From Verrucomicrobiota bacterium (GTDB lineage: Bacteria > Verrucomicrobiota > Verrucomicrobiia > Opitutales > Cerasicoccaceae), in contig JBCBUK010000005.1 in assembly GCA_039818205.1 (NCBI GenBank), positions 232,065 through 296,064 of the forward strand: a stretch of DNA of 64,000 bases, read 5' to 3'. How positions within the stretch are numbered: position 1 is the first letter of the stretch; each line of letters begins with the position of its first letter. A program made the position numbers and the translations under genes. The notes below the pieces were generated by a model. It saw only the letters and a program-made list of their open reading frames with translations. It was not told where the DNA came from and searched no databases. Shown piece by piece: positions 10,346-20,232 of the stretch.

Positions 10346-11770
10346 ATGAGCGAAAACGAAATCATCAGTCGCCGAAACTTCGTGAAGGCGAGCGGCGTTG
10401 CCAGCGCAGGCATACTACTGGGTGCACCCAACATCATTCGCGCAGAATCACTCAGGGCACCGTCCGACGAGATCCGCGTTGCTTTCATCGGATGCGGCAA
10501 GCAGCATCTCGTGCTTTGGGACGTGATGAAGAACATTCCCGGGCTGCGATTTGTAGCTGCCTGCGACATCATGTGGGAGAGTCGCCTCAAAGCGACCGTC
10601 GGCCGTGTACGCGGCACCTTCGGCAATATGATGGCTTACTATACCGATGCGGAGGAGATGCTCACGAAAGAAGGTAAGAACATCGATGCCGTGATCGTGA
10701 CTACCCCAGATTTTTGGCACGCCCCGCACACAGTAATGGCTCTCGAAGCGGGTTGCCATGTCTATTGCGAGAAGATGATGTCGGATACTCTGGAAGGTGC
10801 ACGCAGCATGGTTGAGGCGATGGACCGCACGGGAAAACTTTGCCAGATCGGACACCAGCGGCGTAGCAATCCCCGCTATCGATTCGTTCTCGATGAACTA
10901 ATCAGAAAACATCGACTCTGCGGAAAGATCTTGAACGTAAACGGTCAATGGAACCGATCACTCGGATCCTCCAATGATCAAACTTACGCGGTGACTAAGC
11001 ACCTTCCCGACGCGGCCACCTTGCGCCAATATGGTTTCAATGGTGGAACCAACAAACAGCTATCGCTTGAGGAACTCCAGAGACGGTTTCTGAACTGGCG
11101 ATTCTATAAAGCACTTTCTGGAGGACCAATCTCAGACCTCGGCGCCCACCAAATTGACATCTTCAACTGGTATCTGAAAGCGCGTCCTAAAAGCCTTGTC
11201 GCGTCCGGTGGCCGAAGCTACTTCAAGGACCGCGAACACTTCGACAATGTCATGTGCATCTTCGACTACGATACGCCGGACGGAAATGCGCGAGCCTTCT
11301 ATCAAGTACTCACAACGACCAGCGCAGGCGGCGGATATTATGAATCGTTTATGGGAACGGAAGGCACCATCGAGATTTCGGAGCGTGAGGCCTTCACGAA
11401 TATCTACAAAGAATCCGGTGCCGATGGCGCAAAGTGGGACGACCTTGTTGCCCGGGGATACTTGAAGAAGGGAGCAGTTGGTGTCGCGGCTGGGGGTCCA
11501 GATGCAATCGCATCCTACGCCTCTCCACCGCCAGACCGATACTCACTTCCTGGCGGCCTCGGAGTGATTAAAAACCTCAAAGGAAAATCCCGCCACAAAC
11601 CACCTCATCAACCGCACGTTGAAAACTTCTTTGACGCGATTCGGGGTAATGCCACACTGACTTGCGATGCCCGACATGCATTAGAGTCCGAAGCTCCAAT
11701 CTATTGGGTTAACGAAGCGGCTGAAACAGGCGAATCAATCAAGTTCACTGAGGAGCACCTTCGGGTCTAG
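10346..11770 (+). CDS. Tat-exported Gfo/Idh/MocA oxidoreductase
   Basis: SRRNFVK twin-arginine signal; VAFIGCG Rossmann motif; DAVIVTTPDFWH, HVYCEKM, QIGHQRRS, DLGAHQID; RBS AGGAGG upstream. Confidence 0.92.
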   Translation: MSENEIISRRNFVKASGVASAGILLGAPNIIRAESLRAPSDEIRVAFIGCGKQHLVLWDVMKNIPGLRFVAACDIMWESRLKATVGRVRGTFGNMMAYYTDAEEMLTKEGKNIDAVIVTTPDFWHAPHTVMALEAGCHVYCEKMMSDTLEGARSMVEAMDRTGKLCQIGHQRRSNPRYRFVLDELIRKHRLCGKILNVNGQWNRSLGSSNDQTYAVTKHLPDAATLRQYGFNGGTNKQLSLEELQRRFLNWRFYKALSGGPISDLGAHQIDIFNWYLKARPKSLVASGGRSYFKDREHFDNVMCIFDYDTPDGNARAFYQVLTTTSAGGGYYESFMGTEGTIEISEREAFTNIYKESGADGAKWDDLVARGYLKKGAVGVAAGGPDAIASYASPPPDRYSLPGGLGVIKNLKGKSRHKPPHQPHVENFFDAIRGNATLTCDARHALESEAPIYWVNEAAETGESIKFTEEHLRV

Positions 11771-11776
11771 CACCCG

Positions 11777-12628
11777 TCACTCTTTAGTGGAGGTCGCGCA
11801 ATGTGTTGGCGGGTGGCCAAATGTCTTCGTGTAGAAACGTGTAAAATCATTGGCATGTTTGTATCCGAGCTTAAAAGCAACCGCCTTCACCGGATCTCCT
11901 TCCTCTAATAGCCGCCGGGCAGTGTCCGCTTTCAAGGATTGAAAAACGGTTAGCGGGCGCTGGCCACCATGCTTCAAAAAGATGCGCTGCAGCGTCGACT
12001 CCGAAACACCAAGGTAAACCGCAAGCTCCGAGACGGGTTGAACCGCGTGCAAATTCTGATGCATCCAATGCAGACCAATCTCATAGCGATTCTTGCGGTC
12101 GGCCTTCGAAGAACTTCCGACTCTCGACCGCACAATGAAAACATCCAGGCTATGTCGCAGCCCCGTCAGAGCCGATGCAGTATAGTCGTCGAGAACGCCG
12201 ATCTCATGGCGACAATCGCGGTGAAGTTTCTCCAATACCGGAAGTTGCCGTTGGTCCAACTTCCAAACCTTGTGCCCTCTCTGCTCGGGTTTCAGCTCAG
12301 CAATGGTTGGAGCTTCATTCCAAATCCAAACCAATATCTTGCATTGAACTTTAGGTGCGTCCGACCAACCCATCGGACAAAGCTCATCAAAGATCGCAAT
12401 CGACCCTTCGGGTATTTCTACCTCTGAGGCTTCAGTCACGACTTTCGGGCAACCCTCAAGCACAGCCGCATACACGAATCCAAAATTGTCTTGAGCACTG
12501 AGTGGACAATCACCGAACCGTCGTGCACCCCAACCGAGGTAAACAAGTGGAATCGATACCTTCGTTTCGGGAATCGTAAATCCGCGCCGCCCGGGCGGAG
12601 GCCGAAATTTTGAGGCAATTTGTTCCAT
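11777..12628 (-). CDS. AraC-family transcriptional regulator
   Basis: C-terminal double HTH: VSELAVYLGVSESTLQRIF...VKAVAFKLGYKHANDFTRFYTKTFGHPP. Confidence 0.9.
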   Translation of the reverse strand: MEQIASKFRPPPGRRGFTIPETKVSIPLVYLGWGARRFGDCPLSAQDNFGFVYAAVLEGCPKVVTEASEVEIPEGSIAIFDELCPMGWSDAPKVQCKILVWIWNEAPTIAELKPEQRGHKVWKLDQRQLPVLEKLHRDCRHEIGVLDDYTASALTGLRHSLDVFIVRSRVGSSSKADRKNRYEIGLHWMHQNLHAVQPVSELAVYLGVSESTLQRIFLKHGGQRPLTVFQSLKADTARRLLEEGDPVKAVAFKLGYKHANDFTRFYTKTFGHPPTHCATSTKE

Positions 12629-12709
12629 TCAAACTGAAAATTAGCAGATAATGGGTCGGCTCAAAAGCAAGAATACCTCCTGATGACAATACCGCTAATC
12701 CGCATCAAA

Positions 12710-14764
12710 TCAATCAACCACTGAAACCTGTGAATAGCGATCCTCCGCCTGATAGGGTTTCAATCCAAGCGCAATATCAATGATCTCCTGAGCACGCCGC
12801 AACCCATTCCCAGTTACGGCACCAATTGCAACTTGCTCTTGAAGAAATCCAAGGCTTGCTTGTCCGTCAGCAATGAACGCCCAGCGTGCTTGATCGATCT
12901 TACCAGCATCATCACCCACGAGGTCATTCCAACGCATTTGGCGCTGATCAGGACCGAGCTCATTCACCCCACCCAACAAGGTCACGGAAAAATTATCAAT
13001 ACCCCATTCCCGACTCGGCTGGCCACCCATATAGAGCCGTAACGATTCCGTCGAATGAGGAACGATGATCGAAAAGCGGTACATCGCATCGGCCGAGAAA
13101 TCATAGTCCCGCAACTCACAGTGGCGCAAATAGCCCAATGCTTGAGTTTCGCTGGCACCGCTACCGGCGATAAATTCCGAAGCTCCCGCAATTGAATCGG
13201 GAAAGTGCTGTTGATACTTGTCGATTCCATCCAACCCCACGGGCGAGATTTCCTCCGGTAGAAAAATGTTGTTAAACGAGGTATGCAACAGCGTCGGCCC
13301 ACCATCAACCCAAAGCTTCCACTCCGAGGGACCGTACTGTCCGTGACCGCCCCACGAACCCAAAATGAGCAAATCAAATTCGATCTTAATCGCTTGGTGG
13401 CTCTCCAAATCGGCCAGGTTTAATAATTGCCGATCACTCGGCCAAAACGGCCCAAGGAATTGTCGCCTACCAGTCGGCGATTCAGAAACCCAACGACGCA
13501 ACCACCACGGACCTGAGGTCCCGTTGTCAAAGTTTTCATTGATGAGAGCAACTGATTCCGGTGGTACGATCCCAGACGCAGCGGAAGCTATCTCAACATC
13601 ACTTGGACCATGCCAGTAGGCCTCAGCGACAGCAAACTGTCCGCCACGCCACGCAAGCAACACACCAAGCACCGCCAGAGGAACGAACAATGCGTAGGTC
13701 GGAAATCTCAATGGCGGAGAGTCAGCCTCGGCCAAAATACGACTGACCCGGCCAAGCGTAGACTCACGCGCAGCAAGCCCAGACGCGGCGAGCACATGAC
13801 CACCTTCCATACGTCGCTCTTCTATCTGCGCCAGAGCCTTTGCATACTGTATGCGGTCGGAACCGGATTGCGTCGCCAGGTCATCACAACAGTTTTCACG
13901 CTCTAATCGAACATGCCGATTGAGTAGCCAAACAGCGGGCTGAAAAAACAAAACAACTTCCGTTGTGACCTGCCAGAGATTAACCCAGTAATCATGGCGT
14001 TTTATGTGGGCAAGCTCGTGGGCGAGGATTCCCTCCAAACCTTCATCGTCCTCGTTCGACCAAAAGTTGTCTGCCGGAATCAACAAGGTCGAACGCAAGC
14101 CTCCGATCACCAACGGTGAATTGATCAAGGTGGAACCCTTGACCTCAATCTCCTGGCCGATCCCCATTCGCTCCTTCAAACTGCCGATAACCGTATAAGC
14201 GCGGCGCGGCATCGGTGCGCCACTGCAGTTTGCGAGCTTCCGCGCCCACAGATATTGAGTCGCGACAAACACCAATCGCAAAATCATCCCCAAAAACGCG
14301 ACAAGGCCGACCCAATAGGCCCATGGCGCCAGGGGCTGCGAACAATGATGCCAAACGAACTGATTAAACCGAGTCACAAAGGAGGTGGCCTCCGCACTCT
14401 CCGCAGCGACTACAACCGGATCAGATTCAACCAGTGTTTGACCGTCATTGACTTCGCCCGTCGATTGCGCGGCCGGTGGGGTACTAATTGCCGAGTTGCC
14501 AACAGGCACCGGCAGCTGGATCGGAATTGCACCGGGTTCGCGAATCGATAACTCGTAGTTGCGATAGCTCGATACCCACCAACCCAGGAAAGCCACCTGA
14601 AGAACTATAAGAAACGTTAGACCCAATGAGTAGCGTAACGACGCTTGGCGAAGATCAACCCACCGCAGCACGAGGAGCCCAATTGCTCCGAGCAAAAGCA
14701 GCGGCAGGAAGGACAACAAGATCGCCCAGCCCAGAGCAGCAAGTTGGTCATTAATGTTCATCAC
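12710..14764 (-). CDS. M56-family (BlaR1/MecR1-like) membrane metallopeptidase with a non-penicillin-binding C-terminal domain
   Basis: TM segments; ILAHELAHIKRHD, FFQPAVW, RLERENCCD M56 motifs; directly downstream of a BlaI-like gene. Confidence 0.88.
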   Translation of the reverse strand: MMNINDQLAALGWAILLSFLPLLLLGAIGLLVLRWVDLRQASLRYSLGLTFLIVLQVAFLGWWVSSYRNYELSIREPGAIPIQLPVPVGNSAISTPPAAQSTGEVNDGQTLVESDPVVVAAESAEATSFVTRFNQFVWHHCSQPLAPWAYWVGLVAFLGMILRLVFVATQYLWARKLANCSGAPMPRRAYTVIGSLKERMGIGQEIEVKGSTLINSPLVIGGLRSTLLIPADNFWSNEDDEGLEGILAHELAHIKRHDYWVNLWQVTTEVVLFFQPAVWLLNRHVRLERENCCDDLATQSGSDRIQYAKALAQIEERRMEGGHVLAASGLAARESTLGRVSRILAEADSPPLRFPTYALFVPLAVLGVLLAWRGGQFAVAEAYWHGPSDVEIASAASGIVPPESVALINENFDNGTSGPWWLRRWVSESPTGRRQFLGPFWPSDRQLLNLADLESHQAIKIEFDLLILGSWGGHGQYGPSEWKLWVDGGPTLLHTSFNNIFLPEEISPVGLDGIDKYQQHFPDSIAGASEFIAGSGASETQALGYLRHCELRDYDFSADAMYRFSIIVPHSTESLRLYMGGQPSREWGIDNFSVTLLGGVNELGPDQRQMRWNDLVGDDAGKIDQARWAFIADGQASLGFLQEQVAIGAVTGNGLRRAQEIIDIALGLKPYQAEDRYSQVSVVD

Positions 14765-14768
14765 ATCA

Positions 14769-15170
14769 TCAACCGTTGTGTCCGCGTTCGGATTCAGCTT
14801 GCTCGATCATCTTCTTGATCTCGGACAACTCATCACTATCGATTTTCTTAGAATCTAATAGACTCATAACCACCTTCTGCGCACTGCCTTGAAACGCGCG
14901 ATCAGTGATGTCCGCCAAAATCTGCTGACGAGTTACATCACGCGATTTAGCCGGACGGTAAAGCATCGGGTGAACTGAGTCGTCTCGAATCACTAAGCCC
15001 TTCTCCACCATGACACGCACCATTGTCTGAATGGTCGTGTAGCTCTTGGTTTCGGAATTGCTAATATTGTTTTGGATGATGCCCAAGGGACAAGGCGCGT
15101 GCTCCCAAAGTACTTCCAAAATATGTAGCTCAACTTCTGTAGGCTGTTGTGACGCTTTTCGAGGCATCAT
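14769..15170 (-). CDS. BlaI/MecI/CopY-family repressor
   Basis: PTEVELHILEVLW...SYTTIQTMVRVMVEKGLV...FQGSAQKVVMSLL...ELSEIKKMI. Confidence 0.92.
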   Translation of the reverse strand: MMPRKASQQPTEVELHILEVLWEHAPCPLGIIQNNISNSETKSYTTIQTMVRVMVEKGLVIRDDSVHPMLYRPAKSRDVTRQQILADITDRAFQGSAQKVVMSLLDSKKIDSDELSEIKKMIEQAESERGHNG

Positions 15171-15341
15171 TTCAACCTACTGGATCAACTATCCAATGAC
15201 CAGCTGAATTCGCATCTAATGTGTAAATTATTAGTCAATGAAACTCGACTTCCAACATGACTAAAAGTCGCTTTAACCTTTCATAATCAATAATTAATGA
15301 ACCCAAATAGTAGTTCTAGATTTTCAATCGATTGCCGCTCA

Positions 15342-15378
15342 AACTATTTTCATAGTTGTCTTAACTAATAATTTAGTT
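15342..15378. promoter_or_regulatory. Two tandem palindromes AACTA-N6-TAGTT, candidate BlaI-type operators
   Basis: AACTAttttcaTAGTT (15342-15357) and AACTAataattTAGTT (15363-15378), starts 21 bp apart. A degenerate third copy GACTAataattTACAC lies on the minus strand at 15221-15236. Confidence 0.65.
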
Positions 15379-15514
15379 ATTCATCGAACCATATTTTCTT
15401 GGCCACTGTATCATTCAGAAATCCATGGTGCCCAAGATGCCTAAGCCTGAATATTATTCGATCCATTGATAGTTGGCGACGCTGTGTCGCCTTTTTAATC
15501 CGCTGAATTCTGCT

Positions 15515-18500
15515 ATGAAATCCTTCTCTAGCATTGTCCGTGTTTGCCTGTTGGCATCCACCTATCTAACCATTCATTCCTCCCTGACCGCTGCCGGGTT
15601 TGCCAATGTGCAACAAACGGAAGGCGCCTTGCTCAGCGGCATCATCGCTGAGAACCAGGGGCGAACCGCGCTCATTGCCTACCACAACGGCATCCTGTTC
15701 TCGATACCAGAGAGTCCGGGAAGCCGTTCGGGTTCAGACCTGCAGGTGCGAACCTGGAACATCTCCGATCCAACCAACCCACAGGAGCTTGCCCAGTGGG
15801 GCGTCACGCCGCAGCCAGGCAATGCCCATGGCTACACCAAGAGCGGCGACTATCTGATCATCGGCCCGAACGGGTTCAACGTTGATCCCTGGTCATTCCG
15901 AGCCGACGGCGCACTCGGTTCAGGCCAACTAACTCGCACTCAGTTTCCATCCATCTCCGGATTTCTACCAGTCGGTGTTCGTGGCGGATTGATGTATCCA
16001 TTCTATGTCCGCGAATACTGGAGCTATAGCGCTATTCCGGAAGGCGAAGCGGGCTACGCTGAATTGCGGCGGGGAACACCGTTCACGCAGGAGCCCCTGG
16101 CTTCATGGGACCATATCGGACTCACTGGCGTTATTGGCCACCCATTTGTGGTCGGCAACTTGTTGATCTATGCCTCAGACCAAAGCCGAACTGGCGTAGC
16201 CACCTATGACATCAGCGACTTGTCCAACCCGGTATTGCTTGATGTGCTTACGACTGGCGGGGCCGGTGGCTATTGGCCCGAACTTTGGGGTAGCGGCGAT
16301 GGTAGCCTCTATGTTGTGTTTCCCTACCGTTCGGGGGGTAACGGTATGCGAGTCGTCGACGTCACCGATCCCAGCAATATCGAGTTCGTTACCGACATAC
16401 CGCTCTCAGGGCAGGAGGCAATGTATTGTCAGTTCCAAGACGAGTTTGCATTCATCGGCAACCATAAGATCGACATGCGCACCTACCAATCCGTGCTCGA
16501 CTTTCACGACCCAGCCAATGGAAACGGTGACACAACCTACATCAACGTCAGCCAGTTTGCCCTGCCAATTGGAAACCTGCTTGTAACCGGTGGTGTTGAT
16601 GCCTTTCAGGAAGGTGCTCAGGGGATGGCAATCTGGGCCCACCAAGCGGACCCCGATACCCGCGGCCCTTACGTAGCCTATCACATCCCGCGCAGTGGCG
16701 AAACCAACTACCCGCAATCAGCGTCCATCAGCTTGCTAATCCACGAAACCCTGGAAACACCCAGCATTGCCAATGGAACCTCGTTCATTGTTCGGCCCGT
16801 TGGCGGAGATGCGATATCCGGTATCCTTAGCTTCGCCTTTGACGACATACTAACATTCACCCCGGACTCGGACCTCCTTCCGAACACAACCTACGAAGTC
16901 ATCCTGCCAGCAGGCGGTATCGAAGACGCCGCAGGCAATGGCATGGAAGAGTACTCGTTTACCTTCTCAACCGGAGACAACCTCTCGGGCAATCTTGCTC
17001 CGGTGATTAGCAGCTACACAAGTAATCAGTATCCACTTGCGCCAGGCGTGACGGTGACCTTGTCAGCCACCGCTGCGGACCCCGAAGGCAGCGCAATCGA
17101 ATACCGATTTGATTATGGAGACGGCTCTCCCAAGACCGCATGGGGCAACTCCGCAAGCGTTGATGTATCTTACTCCGAGCCTGGGCACTACAAAACATCA
17201 GTCCAGGTCCGCGATACCGACGGTAGCATCAGCTCAGCGGTCCATACGGTAACGGTCGTCAACGCCCTACCCCAACCCCAACCCACCCACAGCACACCCA
17301 TCCTTTGCGACGACAACACGGGATACGTCTGGACAGTAAACCCGGATAACAACACCGTAACCGCCGTTGATTCCGCTACCTTGCAAACGATCGTTGAGGC
17401 ACCCGTTGGACGAGATCCACGCAGCATCGCATTGGCCTCTGATGGAAACATCTGGGTGACCTGCCACGACGACGATCAAATCGATATCCTTGCCGGAGAC
17501 ACCGGTCTGCTTATTCAAACCATACCGCTCGACTATGGAAGCGCGCCGATGGGCATTGTCATGTCGCCCGATGGCAACACCGCCTTCGTCGCCCTCTATG
17601 GCAGCGGTGACGTCGTTCGTTTCAACGCGGTAACCCGCGTATCAACCGGATCAACGGTATTAGGTGACACACCGTTCGCACTCGCCGTGACGGCGGACGG
17701 AGGGAACGTCCTCGTTACTCGACTTGTTTCTCCGCAAAACCACGGTGAAGTTTGGGACGTAGACACGGGCACGATGACGCTCGCTCGCACCATCCAGTTG
17801 CCCAAGTTTGGTGGCGGTCCTGACTTTCCGGGCACACCAAATCTCGATGGCACGGCGAGCGGCCGGGGCGTTCCAAACTACCTCGCGGGTATCATCATTA
17901 CGCCTGACAACCAACGAGTTTGGATCTCTGGAACCAAAACAAACACCGAACGGGGGACACTCTTCACGCCGGACCTCGACCAGGACAATACGGTTCGAAA
18001 TATCCTTTGCGCCGTCAACCTCGCCACCGGTCAGCTCTTAGACAATACCATCGACCTGGACAACAGCATCTCTGCAAAGGGAATGGCATACTCGCCCCTT
18101 GGCGATTACCTTCTGGTCACTCTAGAAGGTAACGACGGTGTCCTCCTGTTCGATGCGCTCAAGTTTGATTCGACGACGGGCACTGGTGCTCTGCTATCGC
18201 GTCTCGATGTTGGTGCGGCTCCTCAAGGTGTATGTGTCGACCCAACGACAAATCGCATTTTTGTTAAAAACTTTATGGATCGCTCAATCACGGTGCTCGA
18301 TGCCGACTCGTTCTTTCAAACCGGCGACAGCACCATGACGACAACTACGGTCGGAACCGTTAGCAACGAGCAACTCGATCCGGAGATTCTCCTCGGAAAG
18401 CAAATCTTCTACAATGCTTCTGATGAGCGCATGAGTGCCGAAGGCTACATGACCTGTGCAACCTGTCACGTCGATGGCGGGCATGATGGCCGAACCTGGG

Positions 18501-20020
18501 ACTTTACCGGCCGCGGTGAAGGCCTCCGCAATACCACCTCATTGCGAGGCCGCGCGGGTATGGGCCATGGCAACGTCCACTGGACAGCAAACTTTGATGA
18601 GATTCAGGACTTTGAAAACGACATCCGGAACGGATTTGGCGGGGAGGGTTTCCTAACCAACAACCAGTTCAGCGCAACCAGCGACACTTTGGGCACGCCC
18701 AAGGCTGGGCTTAGCTCAGACCTCGACAGTCTGGCGGCCTATGTTGCCTCGCTACGCCAAGGCAGCGTGCCCCGTAGTCCACACCGGGACTCCGACGGCT
18801 CACTGACGACTCAAGGAGAAGCGGGCCGCGCACTATTCAATAGCATGAACTGCGCCGACTGCCACACCGGGGCCTCCTTCACCAACAGCACCGCGCCATT
18901 GGCAAACTTGATGGATGTCGGGACGATTCGGACAACCTCCGGCAATCGCCTTGGTCAAACTCTGAATGGATTGGACGTGCCCACCCTGCATGGCATCTGG
19001 GCAACCGCACCATACTTTCACGACGGTTCGGCACCGACTCTGGAGGATGTCTTCTCGATGGCGGGTGGAACGGTAATTCCCGGAGAAACCGGTACGCTTG
19101 CTGGCAGCGCTAATATAGTCGCAGGAGGCGGAGTGGTAAATTCCAACGACGACTCCGCCCATGGTCGGGCATTTGCCAACCTGGAAACCAACGGAAGCGT
19201 AAGCTTCAACAATGTAGAGGTCGGCTCGGCAGGCACGGGCGCAATCGAGATTCGCTATACGTTGAGCAATCCGCGAAATGTTCGCCTCACCGTCAATGGA
19301 GTCAACCACGAGGCTATCCTTCCTGCCACCGGGAACTCACCCACATGGCGTCAAACGCACTGGCTAAACTATCGTTGGGAGAACATTAGCTTCAACGCAA
19401 ACGACAACAACGACATCACAATTACGATGCTCGGCAACTGGCCGCCCATTGGCATCGACAACCTCATCGTTTCCACTCCCGACGACCTCGCGCAAGCGCT
19501 ACCTCACCGCCAAGTTCTTAGCCTAACCCCCAGCGAGCAAGCCGACCTAATGGCCTATCTGCGGCAACTCGATGGCCGCCCTGAGGATCCGGCAAATCCC
19601 AACGCAACCTTCGCGGACTGGATCAATGCCAACGAGCTCAACGGCATCGAAGCAGATCCAGCAAGCGATGGAGACCTGGACAACATTCTCTTGGCGGAAG
19701 AATACCTCTACGATCTCAATCCGTATACCTACTCCAGCAACCCGGTTCAGGGCGCAGGATTCGAAACGGACCAAAATGACGATCAGTTCTTCACCTTCCT
19801 GTATCGCCGAAACAGCAACGCCGGTAATGCCTCCTTTGTGTTTGAAACTTCAAGCGATCTGTCCATCTGGACAGCACCAACCTTCGATAGTGTGAATGCA
19901 ATTCAGGAAGTCATCGACCCAGACATCGATGGCGATGGTAGCGCCGAGCTCATACGTTATCGCATCCGACTGAACCCTGGCGAAACGCGACTCTTCGGAC
20001 GGATCGAAACAGTCGAATAA
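15515..20020 (+). CDS. Large exported di-haem cytochrome c (peroxidase-like) protein with LVIVD-like repeats, Ig-like, PKD, YVTN-like propeller, CBM-like insert and PVC-type C-terminal tail
   Basis: Signal peptide from ATG 15515; TYDISDLSNP/VVDVTDPSN repeats; LTFTPDSDLLPNTTYEV Ig-like; YRFDYGDG PKD; VNPDNNTVTAVD propeller; CATCH (18455-18469), CADCH (18851-18865), TAPYFHDGSA. Confidence 0.8.
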   Translation: MKSFSSIVRVCLLASTYLTIHSSLTAAGFANVQQTEGALLSGIIAENQGRTALIAYHNGILFSIPESPGSRSGSDLQVRTWNISDPTNPQELAQWGVTPQPGNAHGYTKSGDYLIIGPNGFNVDPWSFRADGALGSGQLTRTQFPSISGFLPVGVRGGLMYPFYVREYWSYSAIPEGEAGYAELRRGTPFTQEPLASWDHIGLTGVIGHPFVVGNLLIYASDQSRTGVATYDISDLSNPVLLDVLTTGGAGGYWPELWGSGDGSLYVVFPYRSGGNGMRVVDVTDPSNIEFVTDIPLSGQEAMYCQFQDEFAFIGNHKIDMRTYQSVLDFHDPANGNGDTTYINVSQFALPIGNLLVTGGVDAFQEGAQGMAIWAHQADPDTRGPYVAYHIPRSGETNYPQSASISLLIHETLETPSIANGTSFIVRPVGGDAISGILSFAFDDILTFTPDSDLLPNTTYEVILPAGGIEDAAGNGMEEYSFTFSTGDNLSGNLAPVISSYTSNQYPLAPGVTVTLSATAADPEGSAIEYRFDYGDGSPKTAWGNSASVDVSYSEPGHYKTSVQVRDTDGSISSAVHTVTVVNALPQPQPTHSTPILCDDNTGYVWTVNPDNNTVTAVDSATLQTIVEAPVGRDPRSIALASDGNIWVTCHDDDQIDILAGDTGLLIQTIPLDYGSAPMGIVMSPDGNTAFVALYGSGDVVRFNAVTRVSTGSTVLGDTPFALAVTADGGNVLVTRLVSPQNHGEVWDVDTGTMTLARTIQLPKFGGGPDFPGTPNLDGTASGRGVPNYLAGIIITPDNQRVWISGTKTNTERGTLFTPDLDQDNTVRNILCAVNLATGQLLDNTIDLDNSISAKGMAYSPLGDYLLVTLEGNDGVLLFDALKFDSTTGTGALLSRLDVGAAPQGVCVDPTTNRIFVKNFMDRSITVLDADSFFQTGDSTMTTTTVGTVSNEQLDPEILLGKQIFYNASDERMSAEGYMTCATCHVDGGHDGRTWDFTGRGEGLRNTTSLRGRAGMGHGNVHWTANFDEIQDFENDIRNGFGGEGFLTNNQFSATSDTLGTPKAGLSSDLDSLAAYVASLRQGSVPRSPHRDSDGSLTTQGEAGRALFNSMNCADCHTGASFTNSTAPLANLMDVGTIRTTSGNRLGQTLNGLDVPTLHGIWATAPYFHDGSAPTLEDVFSMAGGTVIPGETGTLAGSANIVAGGGVVNSNDDSAHGRAFANLETNGSVSFNNVEVGSAGTGAIEIRYTLSNPRNVRLTVNGVNHEAILPATGNSPTWRQTHWLNYRWENISFNANDNNDITITMLGNWPPIGIDNLIVSTPDDLAQALPHRQVLSLTPSEQADLMAYLRQLDGRPEDPANPNATFADWINANELNGIEADPASDGDLDNILLAEEYLYDLNPYTYSSNPVQGAGFETDQNDDQFFTFLYRRNSNAGNASFVFETSSDLSIWTAPTFDSVNAIQEVIDPDIDGDGSAELIRYRIRLNPGETRLFGRIETVE

Positions 20021-20160
20021 GGAAACGCTGGAAGACTTCTACATCCACGGCATCAAGATCATGTGCACTCGACTCTCATAGCCAAAAAACGCCAGTCACT
20101 ACTTACCGGTAACTAGCGCAAGCCCAATCGCAGTGGGTCTTGATGCCCTAGGGTTACAAG

Positions 20161-20197
20161 AGAAAAGGGCCGTGGAGCTAGGTGCGCTCCACGGCCC
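20161..20197 (-). terminator. Intrinsic terminator for the sulfatase gene (possibly bidirectional)
   Basis: Perfect 12-bp stem GGGCCGTGGAGC/GCTCCACGGCCC (20167-20197), followed on the minus strand by TTTTCT. Confidence 0.8.
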
Positions 20198-20232
20198 GTA
20201 AACCGTTCAATAACCAATCGAACTTGAAAATC

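Noticed and set aside
12710..15170. Beta-lactam resistance locus
   Set aside because: No beta-lactamase or PBP nearby, and the sensor lacks a penicillin-binding domain.
20144..20160. CTAGGGTTAC resembling the start of a ykkC riboswitch
   Set aside because: The rest of the motif is absent and it lies between convergent gene ends.
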